Both the position numbers and the translations under genes were made by a program. Of a stretch of 64,000 nt of DNA, positions 1-10,308 are shown in pieces. A model generated the notes under the pieces. The model was not told the DNA's origin. It ran no database searches and saw nothing but the letters and a program-made list of their open reading frames with translations. Location: positions 3,296,001 to 3,360,000 of the forward strand of contig CBDEFM010000002.1 of NCBI GenBank assembly GCA_965237415.1, written 5' to 3'. This stretch comes from Alphaproteobacteria bacterium (GTDB lineage Bacteria > Pseudomonadota > Alphaproteobacteria > UBA828). Within the stretch, counting starts at the first letter, position 1. Every line of letters begins with the position of its first letter.

Positions 1-1
1 T

Positions 2-295
2 CAGACGTCGAAGGCGGGGCTGTCGGCGCTCTCGCGCTCGCTTTCCATGCAACTTGGGCCCGACGGCATTCGCTCCAACACCATCTGCCCCGGCGCGGTC
101 CTGACGCCCATGACGGCGCCCGGCTACGAGGCCGATCCCAGCCGCGCCGACGCCATGATCGCGCGCACGCCGTTGGGCCGCCTCGGCCAGCCGGAGGACA
201 TCGCCCACGCGTGCCTCTTCCTGCTCTCGGACAAGGCGTCCTTCATCACCGGCATCGACCTCGTCGTCGACGGCGGGATCATGGCCAAGCTCTGA
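2..295 (+). CDS. SDR family oxidoreductase, C-terminal part (5' truncated by window)
   Basis: Open frame from base 2: QTSKAGLSALSRSL...GIRSNTICPG...TPLGRLGQPEDIA...SFITG..LVVDGG, a typical SDR C-terminus. Confidence 0.9.
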   Translation, partial: QTSKAGLSALSRSLSMQLGPDGIRSNTICPGAVLTPMTAPGYEADPSRADAMIARTPLGRLGQPEDIAHACLFLLSDKASFITGIDLVVDGGIMAKL

Positions 296-331
296 AGCGA
301 GACCGACTATAACGGACTCAGCCCGGCGCGC

Positions 332-862
332 TTACGCGGCGAAGGTGCCGAAGGCGCCGCGGGAGTAGAGCAGGGGCTCCTGCGCCGAATCGGTGCGGAC
401 CGCCTGCACCCGGCCGGTGAGCACCGTGTGGGTCTCGGCCCGGAGCGTCTGGCCGAGCAGACAGTCGAAGCTCGCCAATGCGTCCATCAGCACCGGCGCG
501 CCGGTCTCGAGCGTGCCCCAGTCGCCGGTGGTGAAGCGCTCAGGCACCCGCGCGGAGGAGGCGAACTGCGCGGCGAGGTCGAGGTGCTTCGCGCTCAGCA
601 CGTTGACGCAGAAGACCCGGCTCTGCAGCGTGGGGTCGTGCGCGCCCGCCTCGCGATTGACGCAGGCGAGCAGCATCGGCGGCGCGGCGCTCAGCGAGCA
701 GACTGCCGTGGCGGTCAAGCCGATGCGCCGCTCGCCGATGGAGGTCGTGACGATGGTGACGCCGGCCGCGAGCTGGCGCATGCCCTCCTTGAAGTTGTCA
801 GAATCGATCGCGACCACGGGCGCGGTCAGAGAATCGAAATCGAAATCGTCCAACAGCGACAT
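332..862 (-). CDS. Flavin reductase family protein (HpaC/RutF-like)
   Basis: MRQLAAGVTIVTT, GLTATAVCSLSAAPP, THTVLTGRV, PLLYSRG motifs. Confidence 0.9.
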   Translation of the reverse strand: MSLLDDFDFDSLTAPVVAIDSDNFKEGMRQLAAGVTIVTTSIGERRIGLTATAVCSLSAAPPMLLACVNREAGAHDPTLQSRVFCVNVLSAKHLDLAAQFASSARVPERFTTGDWGTLETGAPVLMDALASFDCLLGQTLRAETHTVLTGRVQAVRTDSAQEPLLYSRGAFGTFAA

Positions 863-966
863 TCAGCCCTCTCCCGGCGCGGCGCCTGTGCTACGCCCAA
901 GCGCCACCGGCACATTATGAAGACCGCCGCCGCAGCGGTCCACGGCGCGGAGGTCACGGCCGGCCA

Positions 967-1611
967 TCAGTAGGCGACCGGGAGCGGATCCAGGCTCCGC
1001 CACAGGTGCCAGACCGCCACCGAGCGCCACGGCCGCCAGCATTCGGCATGCGCCTCGACCTTCTCCGGGCCCATGGTCTCGCCATCGCCGTAGAGCTTGC
1101 CCATGGCGCGGCGTACGCCGATATCGGCGAGCGGCAGCACGTCCGGCCGCTGCAGGTGGAAGATCAGGACCATCTCGGCGGTCCAGCGGCCCACCCCCCT
1201 CAGCGCCAGCAGGTCGTCGGTCACCGCCTCGTCGTCGGCGTCTTGCCAGCGATCCGGGTCGATCGTCCCTGACACGAAGCCGATGGCGATGTCGCGCAGG
1301 TAGCTGGCCTTGCGCCGGGTGAGACCGGCGCCGTGCAGCGCTTCTTCGGAGTGGGCGGCGACCTCGGGCGGAGCAACGGTGCCGACGCAGGCCTCCAGCC
1401 GTGCCCAGATGCTGTCCGCCGCGTGCACCGAAATCTGCTGGGCCACGATGGCGCGTGCGAGGGTGAGGAAGGGGTCGCCCTGTCCGACCAACCCTTCGCC
1501 CTCATAGTTCGCGATGAGTCCCGCCATCACCGAGTCGGCGGCGGCAAGCGCGGCGCGCGCCTCGTGCCAATAGGCCGGCTGTCCCAGCGGTCCGCTCGCC
1601 CATCGCGGCAT
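967..1611 (-). CDS. alkA: DNA-3-methyladenine glycosylase II family (HhH-GPD)
   Basis: AIVAQQIS, LRGVGRWTAEM HhH motif, PDVLPLADIG, WRPWRSVA. Confidence 0.88.
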   Translation of the reverse strand: MPRWASGPLGQPAYWHEARAALAAADSVMAGLIANYEGEGLVGQGDPFLTLARAIVAQQISVHAADSIWARLEACVGTVAPPEVAAHSEEALHGAGLTRRKASYLRDIAIGFVSGTIDPDRWQDADDEAVTDDLLALRGVGRWTAEMVLIFHLQRPDVLPLADIGVRRAMGKLYGDGETMGPEKVEAHAECWRPWRSVAVWHLWRSLDPLPVAY

Positions 1612-1644
1612 GGCGTTCCTCTCTCCGTTTCCGATAAGTCTGCG

Positions 1645-2634
1645 TCAGCGCCGGGCGAAGCTCGGCATGGGCTCCTCGATGCCCTCCGGGTCGGCGTGGA
1701 TAAGGACCTCCGCGTGGGGGAAGACCTTGCGGATACGGGCCTCGACGTCGTCGGAAATCTCGTGGGCGCGGAGCAGCGTGAGCGAGCTGTCCATCTCGAC
1801 GTGGACCTGGATGAACGAGTCGATGCCCGAGCGGCGGGTCCTGAGGTCGTGGCAATTGCGCACATCCGGGTGTTCCAGCACAATCTGCCGGATGCGCTCG
1901 CGGTCTTCTTCCGGGAATTCGCGGTCCATCAGCTGCTGGATCGCGCTTCTTGCGACGCGGACCGCGGCGTGGATGATGACGGCGGCGATCACCAGCGCGA
2001 TGATCGGGTCGGCGAGCCCCCAGCCCACGGTCAGCGCCAGCGCTAGCGCCGCGATCACGCCGATATTCATCAAAATGTCGGAGGCATAGTGCAGGGCATC
2101 GGCCCTGATCGCGGTCGAGCCGGTCAGCCGCACGACCCGGCGCTGATACGTCACCAGCGCCGTGGTGACGATGATGGCAAAGACCATCACCCCGATCCCC
2201 ACCGGCGCGCGCGCGATCGGCTCCGGCTCGAGGATGCGGCCGACCGCCTCGACGATGAGGAAGATCGCAGACGCGCTGATGAAGAGCGCCTGGCCGAGGC
2301 CCGCCAGCGGCTCCGCCTTGCCGTGCCCGAAGCGATGCTCGCGGTCCGGCGGCTGGAGCGCCTGGCGCACGGCAAACAGGTTGATGAGCGAGGCGAGCAC
2401 GTCCATCACCGAATCTGCCAACGACGAAAGGATGCTGACGGAATCCGTGGCAAGCCAGGCACCGAGCTTGCCGACGATCATCAGCGCGGCGGCGGCGACC
2501 GCGAAATTGGTCGCACGGCGCATCAAGAGCCGCGCACGTTCAGGATCGATTTGGGGGTCGCTCGGGATTTCGGGTTTCACGCCGGGCGCGCTCCGTGCAA
2601 GAAGGCCTGGGACCGCTCCGAAATTGCGCGTCAT
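1645..2634 (-). CDS. fieF: Cation diffusion facilitator transporter (FieF/YiiP)
   Basis: [40 protein letters not shown]; start codon uncertain. Confidence 0.9.
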   Translation of the reverse strand: MTRNFGAVPGLLARSAPGVKPEIPSDPQIDPERARLLMRRATNFAVAAAALMIVGKLGAWLATDSVSILSSLADSVMDVLASLINLFAVRQALQPPDREHRFGHGKAEPLAGLGQALFISASAIFLIVEAVGRILEPEPIARAPVGIGVMVFAIIVTTALVTYQRRVVRLTGSTAIRADALHYASDILMNIGVIAALALALTVGWGLADPIIALVIAAVIIHAAVRVARSAIQQLMDREFPEEDRERIRQIVLEHPDVRNCHDLRTRRSGIDSFIQVHVEMDSSLTLLRAHEISDDVEARIRKVFPHAEVLIHADPEGIEEPMPSFARR

Positions 2635-2786
2635 CCTCGCGCCTCGTCGGCGGCGCGCGGTCTCATCTGCCGCTTATAGCACGGTCACGCGCGATATTCG
2701 TATGGGCACGGCCGATTGCTTGCGGTGCCGCGGGTTTCGTGTAGGATGCGGCAACGCGCGAGAAATCAACGCAAAACGAGGCTTCG

Positions 2787-3602
2787 ATGGCGGATGCTTC
2801 GCCGCTGATGGCGGGCAAGCGGGGCATCGTGATGGGCGTCGCGAACGCGCGCTCCCTCGCCTGGGGCGTAGCCCATTCCCTCGCCGATCACGGCGCGGAT
2901 CTGGCCTTCACCTTTCAAGGCAACGCGATCGAGAAGCGGCTCAGGCCGCTCGCCGAATCGGTGGGCTCCGACTTCGTGCTCCCCTGCGACGTGACCGACG
3001 AGGCGAGCGTCGATGCCACCTTCGAAGCGCTCGCCGAGCGCTGGGGCCACCTCGATTTCCTCGTCCATGCAATCGCCTATTCCGACAAGGAAGAGCTGAA
3101 GGGGCGCTATCTCGACACGACGCTCGAGAACTTCCAGAACACGCTTCAGGTCTCGTGCTACTCGTTCACGGCGCTCTGCCAGCGCGCTGTGCCGCTCATG
3201 GGCGCAGACGGCGGGGGCCTTCTGACTCTCACCTATATGGGGTCCGAGCGCTGGGTGCCGCACTACAACGTGATGGGCGTCGCCAAGGCGGCGCTGGAGG
3301 CGAGCGTGCGCTATCTCGCCGCCGATCTCGGCGATCGCAACATCAGGGTCAACGCGATTTCTGCGGGCCCGGTCAAGACGTTGGCTGCGTCGGGGATCGG
3401 CGATTTCCGCTACATCATGAAGTGGAACGAGTACAACGCCCCACTCAGGCGCAACGTCACGATCGACGAGGTGGGCGGTGCCGCCACCTATCTGTTGAGC
3501 GAGCTGGGCCGCGGCGTCACCGGCGAGGTCCATCACGTCGACTGCGGCTATCACATCGTCGGCATGAAGCGGCCGGACGCGCCCGATATCTCGGTGGTCT
3601 AG
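2787..3602 (+). CDS. fabI: Enoyl-ACP reductase
   Basis: [36 protein letters not shown]. Confidence 0.96.
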   Translation: MADASPLMAGKRGIVMGVANARSLAWGVAHSLADHGADLAFTFQGNAIEKRLRPLAESVGSDFVLPCDVTDEASVDATFEALAERWGHLDFLVHAIAYSDKEELKGRYLDTTLENFQNTLQVSCYSFTALCQRAVPLMGADGGGLLTLTYMGSERWVPHYNVMGVAKAALEASVRYLAADLGDRNIRVNAISAGPVKTLAASGIGDFRYIMKWNEYNAPLRRNVTIDEVGGAATYLLSELGRGVTGEVHHVDCGYHIVGMKRPDAPDISVV

Positions 3603-3619
3603 GGCCGCCGCCTGCGACC

Positions 3620-4690
3620 ATGGCGAGCAACAGCTTCGGCCTGCTCTTCCGGGTCACGACCTGGGGCGAGAGCCACGGCCCGGCCATCGGCTGCGTGATC
3701 GACGGCACGCCGCCGCGTATCCCGCTTGCCGCATCCGACATCCAGCCCGCGCTCGACCGGCGGCGGCCCGGCACCTCCCGCTTCGTCACGCAGCGGCGCG
3801 AGTCCGACACCGTGCGCATCCTCTCGGGCGTCTTCGAGGGCCAGACCACCGGCACACCCATCGCGCTCGTGATCGAGAACGAGGATGCGCGGAGCCGCGA
3901 CTACGGCCCGCTCAAGGAGACGTACCGCCCAGGCCACGCCGATTTCACCTACGACGCGAAGTACGGCATCCGCGATTACCGGGGCGGCGGGCGGGCCAGC
4001 GCGCGGGAGACGGCGATGCGCGTGGCCGCCGGCGCAGTCGCGCAAAAGATTCTGGGCGCGGGGGTGACGATCCGGGGCGCCGTCATTCAGGTCGGCGAAA
4101 TCGGCGTCGACCGCGAGCGCTGGGACTGGGAGCAGACCGCGCGCAATCCCCTCTTTTGCCCCGATGCCGAGACAGTGCCCGACTGGGAGGCGGCACTCGA
4201 TGCGGCCCGCAAGGCCGGCACCTCCCTCGGTGCTGTTATCCAGGTGGAGGCGGACGGCGTGCCGGCGGGGCTGGGTGCACCGGTCTACGGCAAGATCGAT
4301 GCCGATCTCGCCGCCGCCATGGTCAGCATCAACGCGGTCAAGGGCGTCGAGATCGGCGCGGGTTTCGCCGCTGCTGCCATGAGCGGCGACGAGAGCGGCG
4401 ACGAGATCCGCATGGAGGGCGAGACACCGCGCTTTCTCGGTAACAATGCCGGCGGCGTGCTCGGCGGCATCACCACCGGTCAGCCGGTCGTGGTCCGCTT
4501 TGCGGTCAAGCCCACAAGCTCGATCCGCACGCCCCGCCGCACCATCACCCGCGACGGCGCCGAGACCGAGGTCTCGACCGGGGGCCGGCACGATCCCTGC
4601 GTCGGCATCCGCGCGGTCCCGGTGGGTGAGGCGATGATGGCCTGCGTGCTGGCCGACCATCTGCTGCGCCACCGCGCCCAGTGCGGCTGA
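3620..4690 (+). CDS. aroC: Chorismate synthase
   Basis: MASNSFG...[37 protein letters not shown]; start at ATG 3620 inside the longer listed ORF. Confidence 0.96.
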   Translation: MASNSFGLLFRVTTWGESHGPAIGCVIDGTPPRIPLAASDIQPALDRRRPGTSRFVTQRRESDTVRILSGVFEGQTTGTPIALVIENEDARSRDYGPLKETYRPGHADFTYDAKYGIRDYRGGGRASARETAMRVAAGAVAQKILGAGVTIRGAVIQVGEIGVDRERWDWEQTARNPLFCPDAETVPDWEAALDAARKAGTSLGAVIQVEADGVPAGLGAPVYGKIDADLAAAMVSINAVKGVEIGAGFAAAAMSGDESGDEIRMEGETPRFLGNNAGGVLGGITTGQPVVVRFAVKPTSSIRTPRRTITRDGAETEVSTGGRHDPCVGIRAVPVGEAMMACVLADHLLRHRAQCG

Positions 4691-4745
4691 GGCGTCGCCG
4701 CCCGCCGACGCCCGTTCAAGCCGTCCACCGTCAGGGGAGAGAGCC

Positions 4746-5342
4746 ATGCCGGCAAAGCGAGCGCCGCGCACGCGCAAGGAGGAGCGCGTCCACGCGCTGC
4801 GCATACCCGATCAGCGCAAGAACCCGCCCGAGATCCGCGCGGTCTTCGCGCGCTGCCTGGAGAAGATCGGCTTCGTGCCGAACGTGCTCCGCTCCTACAC
4901 GCTGAGGCCGCGCAAGTTCGAGCTGTTCCGCCGCTACAACAATGAACTGATGCTGGGCGACTCCGGCCTCTCTCCCCTGGAGCGGGAAATGATCGCCGTC
5001 GTCGTCTCCTGCGTGAACCATTGCCACTATTGCCTGGTGGCCCACGGTGCGCAGGTCCGCGTCCTCTCCGGCGATCCGATCCTGGGCGACCAGCTCGTCG
5101 CCAACTACCGTGCGGTGCCGCTCTCGAGGCGCCAGCGCGCGATGCTTGATTTCGCCTGGAAACTCAGCGAGAGCCCGGATTCCGTGGGCGCCGCCGACCG
5201 CGCGGCGCTCCGCAAGGCAGGCTTCGACGACGCCGACATCTTCGACATCGCCGAGGTCGCGGGCTTCTACAACATGACCAACCGGCTCGCCGCCGCCATC
5301 GATATGCGCCCCAACCGGGAGTACTACGACATGGGCCGCTAA
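4746..5342 (+). CDS. Peroxidase-related enzyme, AhpD/CMD family
   Basis: EREMIAVVVSCVNHCHYCLVAHG (CxxC..H) and YNMTNR. Confidence 0.88.
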   Translation: MPAKRAPRTRKEERVHALRIPDQRKNPPEIRAVFARCLEKIGFVPNVLRSYTLRPRKFELFRRYNNELMLGDSGLSPLEREMIAVVVSCVNHCHYCLVAHGAQVRVLSGDPILGDQLVANYRAVPLSRRQRAMLDFAWKLSESPDSVGAADRAALRKAGFDDADIFDIAEVAGFYNMTNRLAAAIDMRPNREYYDMGR

Positions 5343-5373
5343 GGCGGGCGCGGAGATAGAGACCGAGAGAAGA

Positions 5374-5412
5374 CGAAGAGGGCCTGCCCCGGTGACGGAG
5401 CAGGCCCTTTCG
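5374..5412. terminator. Probable bidirectional intrinsic terminator
   Basis: Stem AGGGCCTGC (5379-5387)/GCAGGCCCT (5400-5408) between convergent genes. Confidence 0.65.
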
Positions 5413-5433
5413 CTTGGCGAAGTTCGTTCGGTT

Positions 5434-6339
5434 TTAGGGGAGCGCCGCTGACGCCGCCTCTTCCCGCTGCCGGCGGTGCGCCGCGCGCATCGTTTTCTGC
5501 AGCTTCTTGAAGGCGCGCTCCTCGATCTGGCGGATACGCTCGCGCGAGACCCCGTAGACTTGGCTCAGCTCCTGCAGCGTCGAGGGCTCTTCCTTCAGGC
5601 GCCGCTCGGCCAGGATGTGCTGCTCGCGGTCGGTGAGCACATCGAGCGAGTCCCTGAAGAGCTGCCTGCGGTGGTCCAACTCGTTCGCTTCGAGAATATC
5701 AGTCTCGTGGCTCTCGCCGGGATCCTCCAGCCAGTCCATCCACTCGCCGCCGCCTTCTTCGCGGACCGGTGCGTTGAGGGACTGGTCGGGGCCCAGCATC
5801 CGCCGGTTCATGGAGATCACGTCGGCAGCCGGGACGTTGAGCGTCGTTGCGATATGCTCGACCTGCTCGGGCGTCAGATCGCCGTCGTCGATCGCCTCGA
5901 TCTCGCCCTTCAGCTTGCGCAGGTTGAAGAAGAGCTTCTTCTGCGCCGCCGTGGTGCCCATCTTCACCAACGACCAGGAGTGCAGGACGTATTCCTGAAT
6001 CGAGGCGCGGATCCACCACATCGCATAGGTCGCAAGGCGGAAGCCGCGATCCGGATCGAAGCGCTTCACCGCCTGCATGAGGCCGATATTGCCCTCGGAG
6101 ATCAGCTCGCTCACCGGCAGTCCGTAGCCGCGATAGCCCATCGCGATCTTGGCCACCAGGCGCAGGTGGCTGGTCACGAGCCGGTGTGCCGCCTCGGAAT
6201 CGTCGTGCTCGCGCCAGCGCTTGGCCAGCATGAACTCCTCTTCGGGTGCGAGGAGCGGAAACTGCCGGATCTCGCGGAGATAGCGGGAGACGCCGCTCCC
6301 CTCCACTGTCGCCGGTATTGGGACGGCTCGCGATGTCAT
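5434..6339 (-). CDS. rpoH: RNA polymerase sigma-32 factor
   Basis: RpoH box QKKLFFNLR, ATYAMWWIRA, region 4 VSRERIRQIE; AAGGAG upstream of ATG 6339. Confidence 0.96.
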   Translation of the reverse strand: MTSRAVPIPATVEGSGVSRYLREIRQFPLLAPEEEFMLAKRWREHDDSEAAHRLVTSHLRLVAKIAMGYRGYGLPVSELISEGNIGLMQAVKRFDPDRGFRLATYAMWWIRASIQEYVLHSWSLVKMGTTAAQKKLFFNLRKLKGEIEAIDDGDLTPEQVEHIATTLNVPAADVISMNRRMLGPDQSLNAPVREEGGGEWMDWLEDPGESHETDILEANELDHRRQLFRDSLDVLTDREQHILAERRLKEEPSTLQELSQVYGVSRERIRQIEERAFKKLQKTMRAAHRRQREEAASAALP

Positions 6340-6425
6340 CTTCCATCCCTCCTTACTAAAGAGCCCCTCCGATCTGTCGCAGGAGCCGCGCCCGGCTCTT
6401 TGGCCGACCCTGCGGGTACATGACA

Positions 6426-6456
6426 AGAATTGGCGGGTAAAAGAGGCGTTTTCAAG
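6426..6456 (-). promoter_or_regulatory. Possible sigma-32-type promoter upstream of rpoH
   Basis: Minus strand CTTGAA-N17-CCAATTCT resembles the alphaproteobacterial RpoH consensus; the -10 element is imperfect. Confidence 0.35.
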
Positions 6457-6526
6457 GCAAATCTGCGCACGTCACATAAGTGTTATAGCCGCGTTATGGA
6501 ATACTTATAACAGTTTCTTGCCACCG

Positions 6527-7498
6527 CTAGCCGGCGGCGGACAACGCCTCGATAAGCGCCCGCATATCCGCTGGAAGCGGGCTCTCGAAGGCGAGTTCCG
6601 CGCCGCTCACGGGGTGGACGAAACCGAGCGCTGTCGCATGCAGCGCCTGGCGCGGGCAGTGCGCGAGCATGGCAAGCATGCGCTCGTCGAGGCGACGCCT
6701 GCGGGCGCCGCCATAGAGTGCATCGCCCAGGAGCGGGTGGCCGATGTGCGCCATATGGACCCTGATCTGGTGGGTGCGCCCGGTCTCCAGCCGGCACTCG
6801 ACGAGGCTCCAGAGCGCGCCCGACGATTGTAACACACGATAGCGCGTGACTGCCGGCTTGCCGCGGGTTTCGCGCACGGCCATCCGCTTGCGGTTACGGG
6901 GGTCGCGCCCGATGGCGCCCTCGATCCGCCTTTCGCCGGGCCTCGGTATGCCCCACACAACCGCGCGATAGGTCCGGCTCAGCTGCCGCGTGGCGAACTG
7001 TGCCGAAAGCCCGTGGTGCGCGGCATCGTTCTTGGCCGCGACCATGAGGCCGCTGGTGTCCTTGTCGAGACGATGGACGATACCGGGCCGCCGCACGCCG
7101 CCGATGCCGGAGAGGCTCGCGCCACAGTGGGCGAGGAGCGCATTGACCAGCGTGCGATCGGGGTTGCCCGGCGCCGGGTGGACGACCAGCCCGGCCGGCT
7201 TGTCCACCACGATCAGATCGTCGTCCTCATAGGCAACCTGGAGCGGAATCGCCTGGGCGCGAGGGGTCTCGTCGGTCGGCGGCGGGATGACGAGCGTCAC
7301 CGCTTGCCCCGGTTTGACCCGATATCCGGGCTCCGTTATCGTCTCGCCCGCGATCGAGACCCGGCCGGCCTCGATCAAGTTTTTGAGCCGCGAGCGGGAG
7401 AGCGCCGGCACGTGGTCTGCCAGCAGCCGGTCGAGCCGCGCGCGACCGTCCGCCCGAGCGACGGTGAACCGACGGCGCGATTCGGCGGCGGTGCTCAT
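6527..7498 (-). CDS. rluD: RluA-family 23S rRNA pseudouridine synthase
   Basis: S4 domain, VVDKPAGLVVHP, HRLDKDTSG, TGRTHQIRVH; adjacent to rpoH. Confidence 0.93.
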   Translation of the reverse strand: MSTAAESRRRFTVARADGRARLDRLLADHVPALSRSRLKNLIEAGRVSIAGETITEPGYRVKPGQAVTLVIPPPTDETPRAQAIPLQVAYEDDDLIVVDKPAGLVVHPAPGNPDRTLVNALLAHCGASLSGIGGVRRPGIVHRLDKDTSGLMVAAKNDAAHHGLSAQFATRQLSRTYRAVVWGIPRPGERRIEGAIGRDPRNRKRMAVRETRGKPAVTRYRVLQSSGALWSLVECRLETGRTHQIRVHMAHIGHPLLGDALYGGARRRRLDERMLAMLAHCPRQALHATALGFVHPVSGAELAFESPLPADMRALIEALSAAG

Positions 7499-7512
7499 AT
7501 CCGGTACGGGCC

Positions 7513-7866
7513 ATGATCACCTATCTCAAGGTCATCGTCATCGTTCTCGGTGTGATGATTGCGGCAGGCCTTGTCGTGATCGGGATCAAGCTCGTCGAGA
7601 AGAGCGGCGAGCTGGCCGAGCTCACCGGGGACGAGGCCACGGACGCCACCGGCGAAGCGGCCACGGGCGCCCTGCCGGAGGCGACGGCGCTTCCCGCGCT
7701 CGGCGACCTTGGGCTGCCCGCGGGCTCGCAGGTGCGGCGGATGACCGCGGCGGGCCATCGGCTCATCCTCGTGGTTGCGGTGCCCGACGCCGGCGAGCGG
7801 ATTGTGATCGTCGACCTGCGCAGCGGCGGCACGGTTGCCAATATCGGGCTCGAGGGAGCGCCGTGA
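7513..7866 (+). CDS. Small membrane-anchored hypothetical protein
   Basis: N-terminal TM helix, GC-rich third codon positions, 4-nt overlap with next gene. Confidence 0.75.
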   Translation: MITYLKVIVIVLGVMIAAGLVVIGIKLVEKSGELAELTGDEATDATGEAATGALPEATALPALGDLGLPAGSQVRRMTAAGHRLILVVAVPDAGERIVIVDLRSGGTVANIGLEGAP

Positions 7867-8333
7867 GCGGCGCGGCGGTCCGGCTCACACCGGAGCAGTT
7901 GCAGGCCATCGAGCGGGCCGCGGAGCAAGCCTATCCGGAGGAAGCGTGCGGGCTGCTCGTCGGCCGCTGCGAGCCCGGCGAGAGGTATTTCGTAAACGCG
8001 GTGGAGGCGAGCGCCAACGTGGCGGAGCCGCCGCGCACCCGGCGTTTCGAGGTCGATCCCAAGCTCCGCCTGCGCCTGGAGCGTGACCTTCGGGAGAGCC
8101 CGGACTCGGTCATCGGCGTCTATCACTCTCACCCCAACGGCAGCGCCGAACCTTCGGAAACCGATCGCTCCATGATCTTCGAGCCAGCGATGGTCTGGCT
8201 GATTACCGCCGTGGCAGACGGCAGGGCTGGCGCCACCATGGTCTGGCGGCCGACAGAGGACGGCTCGGCGTTCCTGCCGCTCGGACTCGAACTCGACAGC
8301 GAGACGGCCGAGAACGGAAGCGAGGACGGATAG
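7863..8333 (+). CDS. JAB/Mov34 (M67) metallopeptidase
   Basis: GTG 7863; YPEEACGLL and JAMM motif YHSHPNGSAEPSETD. Confidence 0.9.
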   Translation: MSGAAVRLTPEQLQAIERAAEQAYPEEACGLLVGRCEPGERYFVNAVEASANVAEPPRTRRFEVDPKLRLRLERDLRESPDSVIGVYHSHPNGSAEPSETDRSMIFEPAMVWLITAVADGRAGATMVWRPTEDGSAFLPLGLELDSETAENGSEDG

Positions 8334-8335
8334 GA

Positions 8336-9385
8336 ATGGATTTTCGCAGCGATAACGTGGCCTCCGCCGCGCCGGAGATCGTCGACGCGGTAGCCCAAGC
8401 GGCGCGCGGAAGCGCCACACCCTATGGCGGCGATCCCTGGACGGAAGGCCTGGAGCCTGCGTTCTCCGAGCTATTCGAGACCGAGGTCAGGGTCTTCCCG
8501 GTGGTGACCGGGACCGCGGCAAACTCTCTGGCTGTCGCCACGCTGACGCCGCCCTGGGGCGTGATCTATGCGGGCCGCGCCGCCCATGTCGAGAACGACG
8601 AGTGCGGCGCGCCCGAGTTCATGACCGGCGGCGCCAAGGTGACGGGCATCGAGGAACGCTTCGGCAAGATCGTGCCGGCGGCGTTGGAGGCAGCGCTCGC
8701 CGCTGCCGGCACAGGCGAGGTCCACTGGTCGCAGCCGGCCTGCCTCAGCCTCACCCAGTCGACCGAGATGGGCCAAATTTACACGGCGGACGAGCTCGGG
8801 GTGCTGACCGGCATCGCACGCAACCACGGGCTTGCGGTCCATATGGATGGTGCCCGCTTCGCCAATGCAGTTGCCGGCAGCGGCAGGAGCCCGGCCGACC
8901 TCACCTGGCGGGCCGGCGTCGATGCGCTTTCCTTCGGTGCGACCAAGAACGGCGCGCTGGCGGCCGAGGCCATCGTCCTCTTCGATCATGAGGGCGCCGG
9001 CGATTTGGCTTTTCGCCACAAGCGGGCCGGGCAGCTTCTCTCCAAGATGCGCTTCGTCTCGGCCCAACTCGCGGCCTACATCGCGGACGGCCTCTGGCTC
9101 AGGCTGGCTGAACGCGCCAACCGCCAGGCACGCCGCCTTGCCGCCGGCCTTGAAGCAATACCCGGCGCGTCGCTTGCGGCGCCGGCGGAGGCCAACGAGC
9201 TCTTCGTCACCCTGCCGCGGGCGGTCATCGACGGGCTGGCCGAGGCCGGCGTCCTCTTCTACAGCTGGCCGGAGACCGATCCCGCGACGACCACGATCCG
9301 CCTCGTCACCCGCCACGACACCGAGGACGGCGAGGTCGATGCGCTGATCGAGACCGCGCACCGGCTCGCCACCGAAGCGGCATAA
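8336..9385 (+). CDS. ltaE: Low-specificity L-threonine aldolase family (PLP)
   Basis: MDFRSDN, TGTAANSL, HMDGARFANA, SFGATKNG, LSKMRF. Confidence 0.9.
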   Translation: MDFRSDNVASAAPEIVDAVAQAARGSATPYGGDPWTEGLEPAFSELFETEVRVFPVVTGTAANSLAVATLTPPWGVIYAGRAAHVENDECGAPEFMTGGAKVTGIEERFGKIVPAALEAALAAAGTGEVHWSQPACLSLTQSTEMGQIYTADELGVLTGIARNHGLAVHMDGARFANAVAGSGRSPADLTWRAGVDALSFGATKNGALAAEAIVLFDHEGAGDLAFRHKRAGQLLSKMRFVSAQLAAYIADGLWLRLAERANRQARRLAAGLEAIPGASLAAPAEANELFVTLPRAVIDGLAEAGVLFYSWPETDPATTTIRLVTRHDTEDGEVDALIETAHRLATEAA

Positions 9386-9475
9386 CCGGCGCCGCGCAGG
9401 CTCGATAGACACCTGCCAAGCCCGACCCTAGAGTGATTGGGCAACAGACTCGGCCCAGATTGAGGAGGAGGCATC

Positions 9476-9868
9476 ATGCTGAAGCGGCACAATCCGGCCA
9501 CCGTCGTCGAGGCCTTCGGCGGCGGCTACAGCCAGGCGCTGGAGATCCCGCCGGGCGCCCGGTTGATCTACACCGCAGGCCAGGTGGGCGCGGCGCCCGA
9601 CGGCAAGACGGCGGACGGCTTCGCCGCCCAGGCCGATCAGACCTGGGCCAACGTCCTGGCACTGCTCGCCGAAGGCGGCATGGGCGTCGAGGACATCGTC
9701 AAGATCACCGGCTACATCGTGGGCGAAGAGAACTTCCCGGCCTACGCGGCGGCGCGGAAGAAGGCGCTCGGCGGCGTACGCCCGGCGTCGACCGCAATCA
9801 TCGTGCCGGCGCTGGCGCTGTCGGAGTGGCTGGTCGAGATCGAAGCGGTGGCCGCGAAGGTGGACTGA
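9476..9868 (+). CDS. RidA/YjgF family protein
   Basis: YSQA, AGQVG, RPAST, WLVEIEAVAA; GAGGAGG RBS. Confidence 0.9.
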   Translation: MLKRHNPATVVEAFGGGYSQALEIPPGARLIYTAGQVGAAPDGKTADGFAAQADQTWANVLALLAEGGMGVEDIVKITGYIVGEENFPAYAAARKKALGGVRPASTAIIVPALALSEWLVEIEAVAAKVD

Positions 9869-9914
9869 GCGTGTACGGCGCCTGCCCTGTGACGGCTGCG
9901 GGAGGAGAGGGATC

Positions 9915-10289
9915 ATGGTGACGCCATCCATGCAACTGATCGGCGAGGCGCTGGCCGAGGTCGCCAGCATCTCGGTGGATGAGGCGCTTGCGCTCGCGGG
10001 CGGCGAGGACGCGGTCTTCGTCGATGTGCGCGAGCGGGCCGAGCATGCCGCTGGCGCCATTACCGGCGCCGTGGCCGCGCCGCGCGGCTTCCTGGAGTTC
10101 ATCGCCGACCCGGCCTCGCCGATGCACAACCCGGCGCTTTCGGCCGACAAGCGGCTGGTCGTCTACTGCGCCTCCGGTGGGCGGTCTGCGCTCGCGACCA
10201 AGACCTTGCAGGACATGGGGTACGCCGGGGTCGCGAACCTGACCGGCGGCTTTCAGGCCTGGACCGAGGCCGGCGGCCCGACCGAATAA
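9915..10289 (+). CDS. Single-domain rhodanese-like protein
   Basis: VDVRE, PRGFLEF, YCASGGRS active loop, LTGGFQAW. Confidence 0.9.
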   Translation: MVTPSMQLIGEALAEVASISVDEALALAGGEDAVFVDVRERAEHAAGAITGAVAAPRGFLEFIADPASPMHNPALSADKRLVVYCASGGRSALATKTLQDMGYAGVANLTGGFQAWTEAGGPTE

Positions 10290-10308
10290 CGGCGAACGGC
10301 GAGGCCGC

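Noticed and set aside
332-862. Flavin reductase as dedicated partner of the monooxygenase at 29792-30997
   Set aside because: About 29 kb apart with no linking evidence; plausible but unsupported
2162-3619. 842-aa ORF suggesting a large N-terminal fusion to AroC
   Set aside because: The extension overlaps fieF (antisense) and fabI (another frame) and is low-complexity; AroC begins at ATG 3620
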